This document shows, piece by piece, positions 62,785 to 64,000 of a stretch of DNA of 64,000 nt (within the stretch, counting starts at the first letter, position 1; every line of letters starts with the position of its first letter). The position numbers and the translations under genes are program-made. The DNA lies in the NCBI GenBank assembly GCA_010093815.1, contig ML996583.1; one strand, 5' to 3'. The stretch comes from Pseudovirgaria hyperparasitica (taxonomy: Eukaryota). Below the pieces are notes generated by a model. It was not told the DNA's origin. It did no database searches and saw nothing but the letters and a program-made list of their open reading frames with translations.

Positions 62785-64000
62785 TTACTGCCAAGCCTCG
62801 TTGACGAGAATCCCAAATGGATCCCTATCCCTTTCGCTTACTTCCACCTCGACCGTCTCATCACTCATCGCTTCTTCATCTCCGCCTGTCTCTTCCTTCC
62901 TGATCTTCTCCCACTCCTCCTTCACAGTCTCCAACAACTGCGCCCGCAACACCCCGTGCAAGAACCCCCTCTCCGTATTACTATGAAAAAGCGTAACGAC
63001 ACTTTGCCCACTTTCAATCGCCGCCAACGCCTCATGATGCGACAACTCCCCGGTAAACAACATATCAACACCACTCAACCCCGCAAACAGCGAGCCCCCG
63101 CTCCCCGCACAGATGCCAACCGACTTTACACTGATCTCGTCAACTGCCTTACCCTGGGGAATAGCAATCGGGAAGCCCTTCGGATTGCCCACGCCCGCCG
63201 CCACGCGCTCGATGAGCGCTGCAAGCGGCTGTGCTTCGGCGAAACGCACAATGCGGCCCATGCCTGCTCCCGGGCGGTCGGGGAAGTCGACGGGCTTGAT
63301 GGGTGCGCGAGTGTGCTTTGTGACACCAAGATTTAGTGCTGTGTTAACCTGTGATGCAGACGGGTAGTGCTGGAGCTGGAACGTGGGGCGCTTCTGGGTG
63401 AAGGGGTCGTCAGTAGGCTTGGTGCTGGGGGTGGGTTGGGAGTGCGAGGGGTTTGGAGGAGTTTGGCCAGTTATGATGTCTGCGAGCCAGTCGCCTAGAC
63501 CTCCGGGAGCGCAGTCAATGGCAGTATGAGGGGAGTAGACCTTTTGATGGGTTAGTGGTACCGGGAATAGGAGAGATTTGGGAAGGACATGCGCTTATGC
63601 CTGCTGCGGCCAAGCGTAGGAGAGATTGTTGTTGGCTGTTTGCGAGGGTGATTGATTTGAGACCACGGAATATTATGGGATCTGATGGCATTAGAGGCGA
63701 GAAGTCAATGGTCGTGAGTGGACATACGGTATGCTATTATAATCGAAGCTTTTCGTTCAATTGCTTCATCCGTTACCGCTTTCGTGAGATCGACAGTGAG
63801 AAGCACTGAGTTCCTTTGTCGGCGCGATGGATCAAAGGGAGCTTCGAGTAACACTTTGGTCATCAGTACAACGGTTATAATTGAATTTTGAAATCATGAA
63901 CAGACGCCCTGTATTGTCCCATGCCTTCTCCGCCAAATCCTCCGGATAGCTGTACTTGTCAGTAAACAAGCTCTAGGAGGAGCAATGCAAAGATGGACAT
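62785..64000 (-). CDS. NIF3: NIF3 (NGG1-interacting factor 3), 5' end outside window
   Basis: YPEDLAEKAWDNTG, YSPHTAIDCAPGGLGDWLAD, GMGR, VGICAGSGG, TGELSHHEAL, HSNTERGFL, VSERDRDP. Confidence 0.9.

Overview
Intron-rich, gene-dense DNA from a filamentous ascomycete (species not determinable from sequence alone). Conserved housekeeping genes flank the window on both sides: TPS1, mitochondrial uS17, CDC7, condensin CND1/YCS4, NEDD8, Elongin A, THOC7, TBCA and MCM4 on the left, and eL42, SRC1, a UBR7/Mlo2-like gene, MCM2 and NIF3 on the right. An accessory block lies between them at about 25-43 kb. Its highlight is a putative dikaritin-type fungal RiPP gene cluster at about 26.5-37.3 kb. The cluster has a 3-exon, signal-peptide-bearing Kex2-processed repeat precursor (204 aa; eleven xLVDDDVVYPDY(KR) units plus one TVADDDVVYPEYKR variant), two DUF3328/UstYa-like oxidases with paired HxxHC motifs, a membrane-anchored tyrosinase-like enzyme with a CuB His-to-Pro substitution, and a SAM O-methyltransferase. 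The inferred core (VVYPDY) is not one I recognise from characterised dikaritins. Exon boundaries were read by hand from GT/GC-AG sites and branch points and are unverified by RNA data.
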